DNA of 64,000 nt, taken from NCBI GenBank assembly GCA_944377485.1, contig CALWFB010000001.1:12138-76137 (forward strand), written 5' to 3'. The notes below the pieces were generated by a model. It searched no databases. It was given only the letters and a program-made list of their open reading frames with translations, and was not told the DNA's origin. Position 1 is the stretch's first letter; every line of letters begins with the position of its first letter. This document shows positions 25,324 to 34,848 of the stretch, piece by piece. This DNA comes from an uncultured Clostridia bacterium (GTDB lineage: Bacteria; Bacillota; Clostridia; Christensenellales; UBA1242). Position numbers and translations under genes: made by a program.

Positions 25324-26958
25324 ATGGACAATAATATTACACCATCTAACTTTATAGAACAAGCAATTGTAGAAGATATTAAAGAAAAAGGTCTTAAAAA
25401 AATCATAACACGTTTTCCACCAGAACCTAATGGATTTACACATATTGGACATGCCAAAGCAATATGTATAGATTTTTTAACCGCTGAAAAATTCAAAGGT
25501 TATACAAATCTTAGAATGGACGACACCAACCCAAACAAGGAAAGTGATGTCTACGTAAAAGCATTAATGGAAGATATCAAATGGCTTGGTTTTAAATGGA
25601 AAAATTTAACTTATGCTTCTGATTACTACGAGTTCCTTTATAATTGTGCAATTGATTTGATTGAACAAGGAAAGGCTTTTGTATGTGATTTGAGTGCAGA
25701 TGAAGTCAGTTCAATGCGTGGAACTCTGACTGAACCCGGGAAAGAAAGTCCTTATAGAAACCGTTCAATAGAAGAAAATTTAAAGTTATTCAAAGAAATG
25801 AGAGCAGGTAAATATGCTGACGGAGAAAAAACTTTGCGTGCCAAAATTGACATGTCTCACCCTAATATAAACATGCGAGACCCTGTTATTTATCGTATTC
25901 TTCATGTGAAACATTTTAGACAAGGGGACAAATGGTGTATTTATCCGATGTATGATTTTGCACACCCATTAAGTGACGCATACGAACAGGTGACTCATTC
26001 TCTTTGTAGTCTTGAATTTGAAGACCATAGACCATTATATAATTGGTTTGTAGATAATTGCAGAATACTACCAGGTGTGAAACCTAGACAAATAGAATTT
26101 GCTAGACTTAACATTGACGGTACAGTAATGAGCAAACGATATATGCACGAATTGGTTGAAAAAGGATATGTCGATGGTTGGGACGACCCAAGACTCCCTA
26201 CTCTATCCGGATTTAGACGCAAAGGATATACTCCAACCGCCATACGAGAATTTTGCACACGTATTGGAGTTGCCAAATCAAATAGTGTAGTTCAACCACA
26301 TATCTTAGAAGCCTGTATTCGTGAAGAGTTGAATAAATCTGCTCTACGTGTGGTTGCTGTTCTTGACCCTATAAAAGTCAATATCACAAACTTCCCAGCC
26401 AACAAGACAGAAAAAGTTTTAATCTCCAACAATCCTACCATAGAAAACAGCAAAAAACATTCAATTCTTTTCAGCAACGAACTATATATAGAACGTGAAG
26501 ACTTCATGATAGAGCCTACCAGCAAATTCTTCCGACTTACTCCGAATGGATATGTTAGATTGATGGGGGCTTATGTCATTAAATGTGACGAAGTTGTTAA
26601 AGATAAAAATGGCAATATTGACCATTTGAATTGCTCGATAATATTTGATGCAAAAGAACAAAACATAAAACCAAAAGGTACAATTCATTGGCTAAGTAGA
26701 AAAGAAGCCGTAAAAATCACCACTCGCAAATTCCACAATCTTTTGAAAGAAGGTGAAGTGTATGAAAGCGGAATGGTGGATAAAATAATCAATCCTAATT
26801 CTATGGAAAAACATATTTCATACATTGAACCATTTGCATTAAAACAAAAAGGAAACATGCAGTTTATCCGAAATGGATATTATATTGAAGATAGTCGTCT
26901 TAGCAAAAAAGATAATAAAGTATTTTTAGAAACAGTAAGTTTAAAAGATAGTAAATAA
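25324..26958 (+). CDS. glnS: glutamine--tRNA ligase
   Basis: TRFPPEPNGFTHIGHAKA (HIGH) and VMSKR (KMSKS). Length 544 aa with a GlnRS-type C-terminal beta-barrel region. Confidence 0.9.
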   Translation: MDNNITPSNFIEQAIVEDIKEKGLKKIITRFPPEPNGFTHIGHAKAICIDFLTAEKFKGYTNLRMDDTNPNKESDVYVKALMEDIKWLGFKWKNLTYASDYYEFLYNCAIDLIEQGKAFVCDLSADEVSSMRGTLTEPGKESPYRNRSIEENLKLFKEMRAGKYADGEKTLRAKIDMSHPNINMRDPVIYRILHVKHFRQGDKWCIYPMYDFAHPLSDAYEQVTHSLCSLEFEDHRPLYNWFVDNCRILPGVKPRQIEFARLNIDGTVMSKRYMHELVEKGYVDGWDDPRLPTLSGFRRKGYTPTAIREFCTRIGVAKSNSVVQPHILEACIREELNKSALRVVAVLDPIKVNITNFPANKTEKVLISNNPTIENSKKHSILFSNELYIEREDFMIEPTSKFFRLTPNGYVRLMGAYVIKCDEVVKDKNGNIDHLNCSIIFDAKEQNIKPKGTIHWLSRKEAVKITTRKFHNLLKEGEVYESGMVDKIINPNSMEKHISYIEPFALKQKGNMQFIRNGYYIEDSRLSKKDNKVFLETVSLKDSK

Positions 26959-27140
26959 ACTATCTTTTTTTATTTCTTATTATTTTTTATTTTTTTATTT
27001 TATTTGTTAATTTTTAAATAATTTTATCAAAATTATTAAATAATTATTATTTTTTTAATTTGTTTTACTATTTTTATTTTTAATAATTAAAATATTTTAG
27101 AATAGTTTATTTTTTTATTTTGTTGTGATATAATTTTATT

Positions 27141-27797
27141 ATGTCTTCACGAACTAAACGCATAATATTAAATATTACCAGTGCAATTCTGACTGTATTA
27201 ATAATAGTTGTCAGTTTTTTTGCTCTAATTAATATCATGTTTAATATAATTTTTATACGTACAAATGTAAGAGGTTATTCAATGTATCCCACATTAAATT
27301 ATAATGTCCCCACTTCTCAAACAGATGGAGATGTAGTTTATATAAACAAATTTTCAAGCTACACCAATGATGATATTGTCGTAGCACAAGTGGATTGGTG
27401 GGATAGCGGATATATTATCAAGCGATTGATAGGTTTGCCAAATGACACAATCCAAATCAAAGATGAAGGAACTCACTACGCATTATATGTTAATGAAAAA
27501 TTATTTTATACAAAAGAAAAAAATGCAGACACCGATTCATATTACAATAATTTGTATTTGACGTTTTTCGATAGATTCCCTGAAAATACAACCACAAATG
27601 AAAGCGGAGAGCAATGTATAAAACTAAATGACAATGAATATCTATTGATGGGGGACAATTGGGGAAACAGCACTGATTGTCTAACTGGCGGACCAGCGAA
27701 AAAATCAAACATAGTCGGTCGTGTAGATATTATTATACATTATGGGGAAAACCAATTTCGTACATTAGTAAAGGAGATGTGGAATCTACTATTTTAA
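27141..27797 (+). CDS. lepB: signal peptidase I
   Basis: GYSMYPTL (catalytic Ser), IKRLIGLPND (Lys), GDNWGNSTD. TGaTATAAT lies 6 nt upstream of the ATG. Confidence 0.85.
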   Translation: MSSRTKRIILNITSAILTVLIIVVSFFALINIMFNIIFIRTNVRGYSMYPTLNYNVPTSQTDGDVVYINKFSSYTNDDIVVAQVDWWDSGYIIKRLIGLPNDTIQIKDEGTHYALYVNEKLFYTKEKNADTDSYYNNLYLTFFDRFPENTTTNESGEQCIKLNDNEYLLMGDNWGNSTDCLTGGPAKKSNIVGRVDIIIHYGENQFRTLVKEMWNLLF

Positions 27798-27806
27798 AGG
27801 GGTTTT

Positions 27807-28535
27807 ATGAATTTTGTTAGAAATAATTGGGACAAAATAGCTAAGGAGGAATTTGAATCATATCTTGATTCAATCAAAGAGACTGATGAGAAAAAACTCA
27901 ACTGGACAAAACGCATATATAACACAAAGATGCCTGTGTTAGGCATCAAAGTTCCTATTATTAAAAAACTTGCAAAAGAAATTAACAAAGGCAATGCTAT
28001 ATCTTTTCTTGAATTAAATCTAAATTCAACCTTTGAAAATTTACTCATCAATGGGTGTTTAATTGCAAAAATAAAAGATTTCAATTTAATGAAAAAATAT
28101 CTAGATGATTACTCAAAAAAAATTGATAATTGGGCTTTGTGTGACTGTATTGATTTTGAAATAAATCAAAAGAACAAATCAAACTATTTTGCTTTAAGCC
28201 AAGAATACATAAAATCAGAATTTCCATATACTAGAAGAATTGGCGTGCTTATATGGTTTAAATTTATAAATGACAAAGAATATTTAAATATTATTTTAGA
28301 TAACATACCATTCTTCAAAAACGAAACTCACTACTATGTTAACATGGCACTTGCTTGGTTCGTATGCGAATGTTTTGTAAAAAATAGAGAAATCGGATTA
28401 TTAATTTTTAAAAATAAAATGCTAAATAATTTTGTTAATAACAAAGCCATTCAAAAAATAAAAGATAGTTTTAGAGTGTCTGATGAAGACAAAATATTAT
28501 TAGAAAATTTTAAAATAAAAAATAAAATGATTTAA
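27807..28535 (+). CDS. DNA alkylation repair protein (AlkD-like HEAT-repeat)
   Basis: Size and the NWALCDCID-type motif are consistent with the AlkD/DNA_alkylation family. Assignment is from memory. Confidence 0.55.
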   Translation: MNFVRNNWDKIAKEEFESYLDSIKETDEKKLNWTKRIYNTKMPVLGIKVPIIKKLAKEINKGNAISFLELNLNSTFENLLINGCLIAKIKDFNLMKKYLDDYSKKIDNWALCDCIDFEINQKNKSNYFALSQEYIKSEFPYTRRIGVLIWFKFINDKEYLNIILDNIPFFKNETHYYVNMALAWFVCECFVKNREIGLLIFKNKMLNNFVNNKAIQKIKDSFRVSDEDKILLENFKIKNKMI

Positions 28536-28711
28536 TTAAATGTTTTTATAAAAAATCATTTTTTATATTTTTTATTAATTTTTTATATAAATAATTAATA
28601 TTTTTTAACTTTTTATTATATTTTTATTAATTTTTTATCTTCATAATTTATTTTTTACACATAAAATTTTTATTTCTACAAAAACTATTTTTACAATAGG
28701 AGTAAAAATTT

Positions 28712-29878
28712 ATGAAAAAAAGTAAACAAATAATTTTAAAATTATCTTTAATCATTTTTGGAGCAATTATTAGTTTTGTATTTTTATTTTCAAATCAGAC
28801 TATAACTGCCAATGCAAGTTTTACGACCAGTGCCAATTGCAAATCCGCAGTTTTAATTGAAAAAAATTCTAAACAAGTATTATATGAAAATGCCAGTCAT
28901 GAAAAACTACCCATTGCAAGTGTGACAAAACTTATGACTGTATTGTTGACATTGGAACATATTGACAACGGTTCTATCTCACTGGACGACAAAGTAATGG
29001 TTAGTTCAAATGCAAGCGGAATGGGTGGAAGTCAAATTTTCCTGGATAGTGATAACGAATACGTCTTAGGTGAATTATTGAAATCAGTAATAGTTGCTAG
29101 CGCTAATGATTCTTCTGTTGCCCTAGCCGAGTATATTGCAGGAAGCGAAAATAATTTCGTACGCATGATGAACGAAAGAGCAAAAGAACTGGACATGCTA
29201 GATACTAACTATGCAAATTGTACTGGACTGCCAAGTGCCGAAGGATACTCCTCCGCTTACGACCAAGCATTAGTCCTTAAAGAAGTATTAGATTATGACA
29301 TATATCACACTTATTCTTCAATTTGGTTTGAAGACTTCACCCACCCTAGTGGCCGTACCACACAAATGGCGAATACAAACAAATTATCAAGATATTATGA
29401 TGGTTGTATAGGTGGGAAAACAGGTTCTACCAACCAAGCAAAATACTGCCTTGCAGTTGGTGCCAAACGCAACGATATGAGCCTTATCTCAGTAGTTTTA
29501 GGTGCAGATAGCAGTCAAGAACGTTTTAAATATGCAAGCGATTTGTTAAATTATGGATTCGAAAATTACGAAAGCAAAACTTTATTTAGCAACAAAAACC
29601 TTGAAGGAAAAACTATTAAAATCAAAGGAATGGATAGAGCCACCCGCCTTACTGCCGAACGAGATTATACTCTTGTTAGCAAAATTAGTGAAGATGTGAA
29701 TTTCTCTCTAAATTTCAATCTTCCTAGCATGTTAACAAGTGTGAAACAAAATCAGGTAGTAGGTAATGTTGAAATAATCGTTGATGGCGTAGTTGTAGAC
29801 AAAATCAACATTCTAGCCCTCGATTCACATCGTGAAGCGAACGTATGGGATTATTTCAAAGAAATCATTAACAACTAA
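28712..29878 (+). CDS. dacA: D-alanyl-D-alanine carboxypeptidase (PBP5 family)
   Basis: SVTKLMT (SxxK), SANDS (SxN), KTGST (KTG). Signal peptide present. Confidence 0.85.
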   Translation: MKKSKQIILKLSLIIFGAIISFVFLFSNQTITANASFTTSANCKSAVLIEKNSKQVLYENASHEKLPIASVTKLMTVLLTLEHIDNGSISLDDKVMVSSNASGMGGSQIFLDSDNEYVLGELLKSVIVASANDSSVALAEYIAGSENNFVRMMNERAKELDMLDTNYANCTGLPSAEGYSSAYDQALVLKEVLDYDIYHTYSSIWFEDFTHPSGRTTQMANTNKLSRYYDGCIGGKTGSTNQAKYCLAVGAKRNDMSLISVVLGADSSQERFKYASDLLNYGFENYESKTLFSNKNLEGKTIKIKGMDRATRLTAERDYTLVSKISEDVNFSLNFNLPSMLTSVKQNQVVGNVEIIVDGVVVDKINILALDSHREANVWDYFKEIINN

Positions 29879-30134
29879 AAGTCATTAAAATAGGGAGAAA
29901 ATTTCTCTCTATTTTTATTTGTCAACCCTAATTTCTATCGATTTTTTTAACACAATTTACATTAATATAATTAAAACTATAATGTTATTTCAAAATATGA
30001 CTTGATTTTTGTTTTCTTATATGATACAATTAATGCGTTAAAAATTAAATTAAAGTTTTAACACATTAATATAGATGTCGATGTCATATTAGTGTCCTTA
30101 CCCGAAAGGGTCAATAGTCCATAAGGAGGTTAAG

Positions 30135-30416
30135 ATGAAAAATTACGAATTGATGTACATCATTCCAAGTCAATCTACTGACGAAGAAAAAGAAGCATTA
30201 ATCGCTCAGGTCAATGGCATGATTGAAAAAGATGGTGGCAAAATTGAATCAGTAGAGCGTGTTGGAAACAAGAAACTTGCTTACGAAATTCAAAAGAAAC
30301 GTGAAGGTTTTTATGTTTTAGTTAACTTCACTTCTGACGCAAATGTTCCTAATAGATTAGGTTCATTGCTTGCCATTACAAACAACATTTTGCGCTACAT
30401 CATAGTTGCAAAATAA
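30135..30416 (+). CDS. rpsF: 30S ribosomal protein S6
   Basis: MKNYELMYII... typical S6. AAGGAGG SD. Confidence 0.9.
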   Translation: MKNYELMYIIPSQSTDEEKEALIAQVNGMIEKDGGKIESVERVGNKKLAYEIQKKREGFYVLVNFTSDANVPNRLGSLLAITNNILRYIIVAK

Positions 30417-30429
30417 TATAGGAGATGTT

Positions 30430-30858
30430 ATGAATAAAGTATATTTAATAGGCAATCTGACTCGTGACCCAGAATTGAGCACTACTACTAGTGGAGTTTC
30501 TGTATGTAGATTGTCAATTGCTGTTGGCAGACGTTTTGCTAATGCTGATGGAGAAAGAGAAACTGATTTCTTCAACATCACAGCATGGCGTGGAACTGCG
30601 GAAAACTGTGCTAAATTTTTAAAGAAAGGTAATAAAATCGCCGTATCAGGTTCTATTCAAACAAGAAACTACGAACGTGCTGACGGTACAAAAGGCTTTG
30701 CTGTCGATATCATAGCCGATGAAGTTGAATTTTTGTCATCAAAGAATGACGGTTCTAGCGAACCTAATTCTAACGAAGGTGGAATGGGTGTAGGTACTGG
30801 AATGTCCGGTTCCCCAGTTGCAGACCTTCAACCAATTGATGATGATTTACCATTTTAA
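30430..30858 (+). CDS. ssb: single-stranded DNA-binding protein
   Basis: Start at ATG 30430 (MNKVYLIGNLTRDPEL) after AGGAG. C-terminal acidic tip DDDLPF. Confidence 0.9.
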   Translation: MNKVYLIGNLTRDPELSTTTSGVSVCRLSIAVGRRFANADGERETDFFNITAWRGTAENCAKFLKKGNKIAVSGSIQTRNYERADGTKGFAVDIIADEVEFLSSKNDGSSEPNSNEGGMGVGTGMSGSPVADLQPIDDDLPF

Positions 30859-30876
30859 TATTTAAAGGAGATAATT

Positions 30877-31197
30877 ATGGCAGAAAAAATTGAAGAAGTT
30901 GAAGTTGTAGAAAAAGTTGCTCCAACAACCGAAGAAAAAGAAGAAAAGACAACTGCTGATAAGAAAAAATTCTACAAACAACACAAGAGCAATAAAAAGA
31001 AAGTATGTATTTTCTGTGAAGATAAGAATTGTAAATTCATTGATTACAAAGACCCTAGATTGAAAAAGTTTGTCACTGAAAAAGGTAAAATAATCCCAAG
31101 CAGACAAACCGGAACCTGCTCTCGTCATCAACGTGAATTGACAGTTGCAATCAAACGTGCTAGAAATATTGCTTTGCTTCCATTCAGCGGTGACTAA
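30877..31197 (+). CDS. rpsR: 30S ribosomal protein S18 with an N-terminal Glu/Lys-rich extension of ~30 aa
   Basis: Core CIFCEDK...[48 protein letters not shown]. Confidence 0.9.
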   Translation: MAEKIEEVEVVEKVAPTTEEKEEKTTADKKKFYKQHKSNKKKVCIFCEDKNCKFIDYKDPRLKKFVTEKGKIIPSRQTGTCSRHQRELTVAIKRARNIALLPFSGD

Positions 31198-31217
31198 GAT
31201 AATTTTAATTAAAGTGA

Positions 31218-31248
31218 AATGACACAAAATTAATTGTGTCATTTTTTA
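31218..31248 (+). terminator. intrinsic terminator of rpsF-ssb-rpsR
   Basis: ATGACACAA-loop-TTGTGTCAT followed by TTTTT. Confidence 0.8.
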
Positions 31249-31353
31249 TTCTTATTTTAGTTATATTTTATAGATTCAATTGATAAAATTTGAGTTTATT
31301 TTATATGTTATAATTTTGTTTGAAATATTTTTCTTTTTTGATATAATAGAAAC

Positions 31354-32466
31354 ATGAATATAGAAAATATTGGAGATGAATTATCAAAATTAGTTGACAA
31401 GTTCGAAACAACCAAAGCTTGTCTTAATCTTAACGAATTGCAAGAGCGCTTGAATTCACTACTAAGAGAACGTGAATCTCTTTCTTTCTGGAATAATTTA
31501 GACTATGCCATGCAGACCAACAAAGAGATAAAGTCTTTGCAAGAATTATTTAACGAAGTTCAAACTTTGCAAAATAGTTTAACCTCATTAATCTCTACCG
31601 TCCGCAGTCTAGAAAAAGAAACCGATATAGAACTATTAAACCTTGCATTATCTGAATTGTTGGAATTGAAAGAAAAAGTGGACGAATTAAATGTTCGAAC
31701 GCTTTTAGATGAAAAGTATGATAATAATGATGCAATTTTAACAATTCACTCAGGTGCAGGTGGAACAGAGGCACAAGATTGGGTTGTCATGTTGATGCGA
31801 ATGTATAAAATGTATGCCAGCAAAAACAATTTTGAATTTAGCGTTGTAGACAAACTTGATGGTACAGATGCAGGACTCAAATCTGTCGTCATTTGGATTA
31901 AGGGCGAATATGCATACGGAAAATTGAAAGGCGAAATGGGAGTTCATAGACTAGTTCGTATTAGTCCTTTCGATAGCAATAAACGTAGACATACCAGCTT
32001 TGCTTCCGTAGAAGTAGTCCCAGCCATTTCAAAAGAAACAGATGTGAAAATTCGCAACGAAGATTTGCGGATTGACACCTATCGAAGCAGTGGCGCAGGC
32101 GGACAGAATGTCAACAAAGTTGAAACCGCTGTTAGAATCACTCACATTCCAACGGGAATTGTTGTCACTTGTCAAAACGAACGCAGTCAATTGCAGAATC
32201 GTGAAAATGCTATGAAAATTTTGACAAGTAAATTGGTTGCTCTCGAAGAAGAAAAGCACAAGCAAAATATCAACGACATCAAAGGTGACTTAAAGCGAAT
32301 TGAATGGGGAAGTCAAATTAGAAGTTATATTTTCCAGCCATACACAATGGTAAAAGACCACCGCACAGATTATGAAACGAGTGACGTTGAGGGTGTTATG
32401 AATGGTGAGCTTAATCCATTTATTAATGAATATTTAAAGAAGTCTCACACGAAGACAATAAATTGA
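31354..32466 (+). CDS. prfB: peptide chain release factor 2 (single uninterrupted frame)
   Basis: SPF (RISPFDS) and GGQ ([10 protein letters not shown]) motifs. No internal +1 frameshift site. TGaTATAAT lies 6 nt upstream of the ATG. Confidence 0.9.
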   Translation: MNIENIGDELSKLVDKFETTKACLNLNELQERLNSLLRERESLSFWNNLDYAMQTNKEIKSLQELFNEVQTLQNSLTSLISTVRSLEKETDIELLNLALSELLELKEKVDELNVRTLLDEKYDNNDAILTIHSGAGGTEAQDWVVMLMRMYKMYASKNNFEFSVVDKLDGTDAGLKSVVIWIKGEYAYGKLKGEMGVHRLVRISPFDSNKRRHTSFASVEVVPAISKETDVKIRNEDLRIDTYRSSGAGGQNVNKVETAVRITHIPTGIVVTCQNERSQLQNRENAMKILTSKLVALEEEKHKQNINDIKGDLKRIEWGSQIRSYIFQPYTMVKDHRTDYETSDVEGVMNGELNPFINEYLKKSHTKTIN

Positions 32467-32712
32467 AAATCTTTTTCAATAATTTAAAATTTTAAAATAA
32501 AAAATCCATAGGAATCTCCTTGGATTTTTTTACTCTTTAAGTTTTCATTATATGTTATGGTATCTATCTAGGTTTTACATATAATATCTTGTTTTTCAAA
32601 TATTCGTCTACTCAATTATATCATCTAATGCGAATTTTAATTTTTGGCTTATCAGTATGTAATTCTAATTTTATTCTTCTATTTTTACAATTTCCACATT
32701 GCGTTCTTCCTT

Positions 32713-33471
32713 TTACCTATTAAATAATTTTAACATATACTCTGGCGACTGTAAATTTTCTAAATTTATATTATTGCCGCTTATAGCCGATTCGTTTCTT
32801 TGATGCTTTCCTTGAATCGCTTGAGATTTATTCTCTTTGATTGCATACCATAGTGCTTCTTTAAAATCAGGATAAGCTTTTAGAAATGGTTTATAATCTT
32901 CATATTGGCATACTATATTGAATCCCGTAGAATCTTTGACCTCTTCATAGTTTTTAATCAAAAAAGGTCCAACATCAATTGACAGACTTTGTTCATCTAG
33001 AGTTTTCATATGTGCAAGTTTAAAACTTCTATCATCTGTTTCAATTATAAAATCAAAATTTATCGTGCCATACTCATAACCTCTATACCAATTTCCAATT
33101 CGAACCTGTATATCCTGATTATGAATGTCTTCGAAATATTGTTGCATATAATTTTTTAAATCACTTAATGGAATAGTGAATGTAAATTTTTTAGATTTAA
33201 TTATCTGTCTAATCTGTTTAATAATATCATTTATCCTATCAAATTTTTCCAACAATATGTTATTAATTTCTGTCGAATATAATTTGAAACCATCATTTAA
33301 ATAATAATCTTTCATGCACTCCATACAGGAGTTAAACGAATTTTCGTTTGGTTTCAAATTTTTAAGTTGTGTTGCAACCAATTTGCCATCTTCTTCTTTT
33401 CTAATATCTGCTATTTCTTTATACAATTTATCTTTTTCTTCAATTAAATTTTTTAATTCGGACAATTTCAT
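32713..33471 (-). CDS. hypothetical protein (252 aa), distant paralog of 45336..46154
   Basis: Own TTGACA-17-TAAAAT promoter and AAGGAAG SD. N-terminus MKLSELKNLIEEKDKLYKEIADIRKEE. Confidence 0.55.
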   Translation of the reverse strand: MKLSELKNLIEEKDKLYKEIADIRKEEDGKLVATQLKNLKPNENSFNSCMECMKDYYLNDGFKLYSTEINNILLEKFDRINDIIKQIRQIIKSKKFTFTIPLSDLKNYMQQYFEDIHNQDIQVRIGNWYRGYEYGTINFDFIIETDDRSFKLAHMKTLDEQSLSIDVGPFLIKNYEEVKDSTGFNIVCQYEDYKPFLKAYPDFKEALWYAIKENKSQAIQGKHQRNESAISGNNINLENLQSPEYMLKLFNR

Positions 33472-33601
33472 ATACCACTTCTTCCTTTTTTAGATTTTAT
33501 CACACATAATAAGTGTTGTCAATACAGATTTTTTGATTGATAATGCATACATTCAAATCATTTTTAATGGTTTATTTCTATTTTAAACATTTATTAATCA
33601 C

Positions 33602-33630
33602 TTGAAAAAATTTAAACATTGATATATAAT
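33602..33630 (+). promoter_or_regulatory. promoter of tsaD (leaderless GTG start)
   Basis: TTGAAA-17 nt-TATAAT, 6 nt, GTG 33637. The TTG at 33619 used by the ORF track lies inside the spacer. Confidence 0.55.
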
Positions 33631-33636
33631 ATCTGT

Positions 33637-34647
33637 GTGAAAAAAGATTTTAGAATATTAGCAATAGAGACAAGTTGTGATGAAACAAGTGCTTCCGTGA
33701 TTGTTGATGGAAGGACTTGTCTTTCAAATATTGTGTCTAGCCAAATTGATATTCACACTAGATTTGGTGGAGTTGTGCCAGAAGTTGCCAGCAGAAATCA
33801 TATCACTGCAATAGATAATGTTGTCCAACTTGCTTTAAGTGAAGCCAAACTTTCATTTGATGATATTGATGCTATTGCTGTCACATATGGAGCAGGTTTA
33901 GTTGGTTCTCTGCTTGTAGGGGTGAGCTATGCCAAAGCTCTATCTTACGCTATTCATAAACCTTTGATTGCCGTCAATCATATTTATGGTCACATCGCAG
34001 GTAATTATCTATCTTTTCCTGACCTCGTTCCTCCGTTTATATGCTTGGTTGTCAGCGGAGGACACACAGCGATTATTGAAGTAAAAGATTTTAACCATCA
34101 TAAAATAATTGGTAATACTCTTGATGATGCTGCTGGTGAAAGTTTTGACAAAGTAGCTCGTGTACTTGGACTAGGTTATCCTGGCGGACCAAAAGTGAGT
34201 GCTCTAGCTAAAAATGGCAAAAATATAATTCAATTTGCAAAAGCAAATGACAATCTTGGGTACAATTTCAGTTTTAGCGGAAAGAAAACTGCCGTTATAA
34301 ATTACGTACACAAATTAGAGCAAGCAAATAAGCCAATTCCAAAAGAAGATATTTGTCTCAGTTTTGAACACTGGGTGGTAGATGAACTAACGAAAAAAAC
34401 TATTGATGCTTGTATCAATTTGGGATATGATAAAATTGTGGTTGCTGGCGGAGTTAGTGCTAATACTCGACTGCGAGCGACACTACAAGAAAAATGTGAG
34501 AAGAATAAAATAAGATGTTTCTTTCCTGATTTTGAATATTGTACTGACAATGCTGCAATGATAGGAAGTGCTGGTTATTATGCATTCCTTGATGGCATTG
34601 GAATTGCTGATATGTCTCTTGCTCCTAATCCAAGTTTAAGTTTATAA
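33637..34647 (+). CDS. tsaD: tRNA N6-adenosine threonylcarbamoyltransferase
   Basis: ILAIETSCDETSASV, HIYGHI, VVSGGHT motifs. Confidence 0.9.
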   Translation: MKKDFRILAIETSCDETSASVIVDGRTCLSNIVSSQIDIHTRFGGVVPEVASRNHITAIDNVVQLALSEAKLSFDDIDAIAVTYGAGLVGSLLVGVSYAKALSYAIHKPLIAVNHIYGHIAGNYLSFPDLVPPFICLVVSGGHTAIIEVKDFNHHKIIGNTLDDAAGESFDKVARVLGLGYPGGPKVSALAKNGKNIIQFAKANDNLGYNFSFSGKKTAVINYVHKLEQANKPIPKEDICLSFEHWVVDELTKKTIDACINLGYDKIVVAGGVSANTRLRATLQEKCEKNKIRCFFPDFEYCTDNAAMIGSAGYYAFLDGIGIADMSLAPNPSLSL

Positions 34648-34695
34648 ACGTTCTCGATATAACTATTAATCTTTAATTTAATTTTATAGTTATAA

Positions 34696-34770
34696 GTTCT
34701 CGTGGTGTAATGGATAGCACAATGGTCTTCGGAACCATTAGTTCGGGTTCGAATCCTGACGGGAGCACCA
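34696..34770 (+). tRNA. tRNA-Arg(TCG)
   Basis: 75 nt. Anticodon stem ATGGT/ACCAT, loop CTTCGGA. CCA is encoded. Confidence 0.85.
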
Positions 34771-34794
34771 AACTTAAATTGGTTTTAAATGAAT

Positions 34795-34825
34795 AAAAAA
34801 TACAGCAAATTTTGCTGTATTTTTT
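34795..34825. terminator. bidirectional terminator (tRNA-Arg on plus, aspS on minus)
   Basis: AAAAAATACAGCAAA-TTTTGCTGTATTTTTT. Confidence 0.8.
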
Positions 34826-34848
34826 ACTAAAATTTTTTAGTGATTATT

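Noticed and set aside
31354-32466. Alternative genetic code (UGA sense, code 4 or 25), suggested by the very AT-rich reduced genome
   Set aside because: RF2 with an SPF motif is encoded, and all housekeeping ORFs are full length under code 11.
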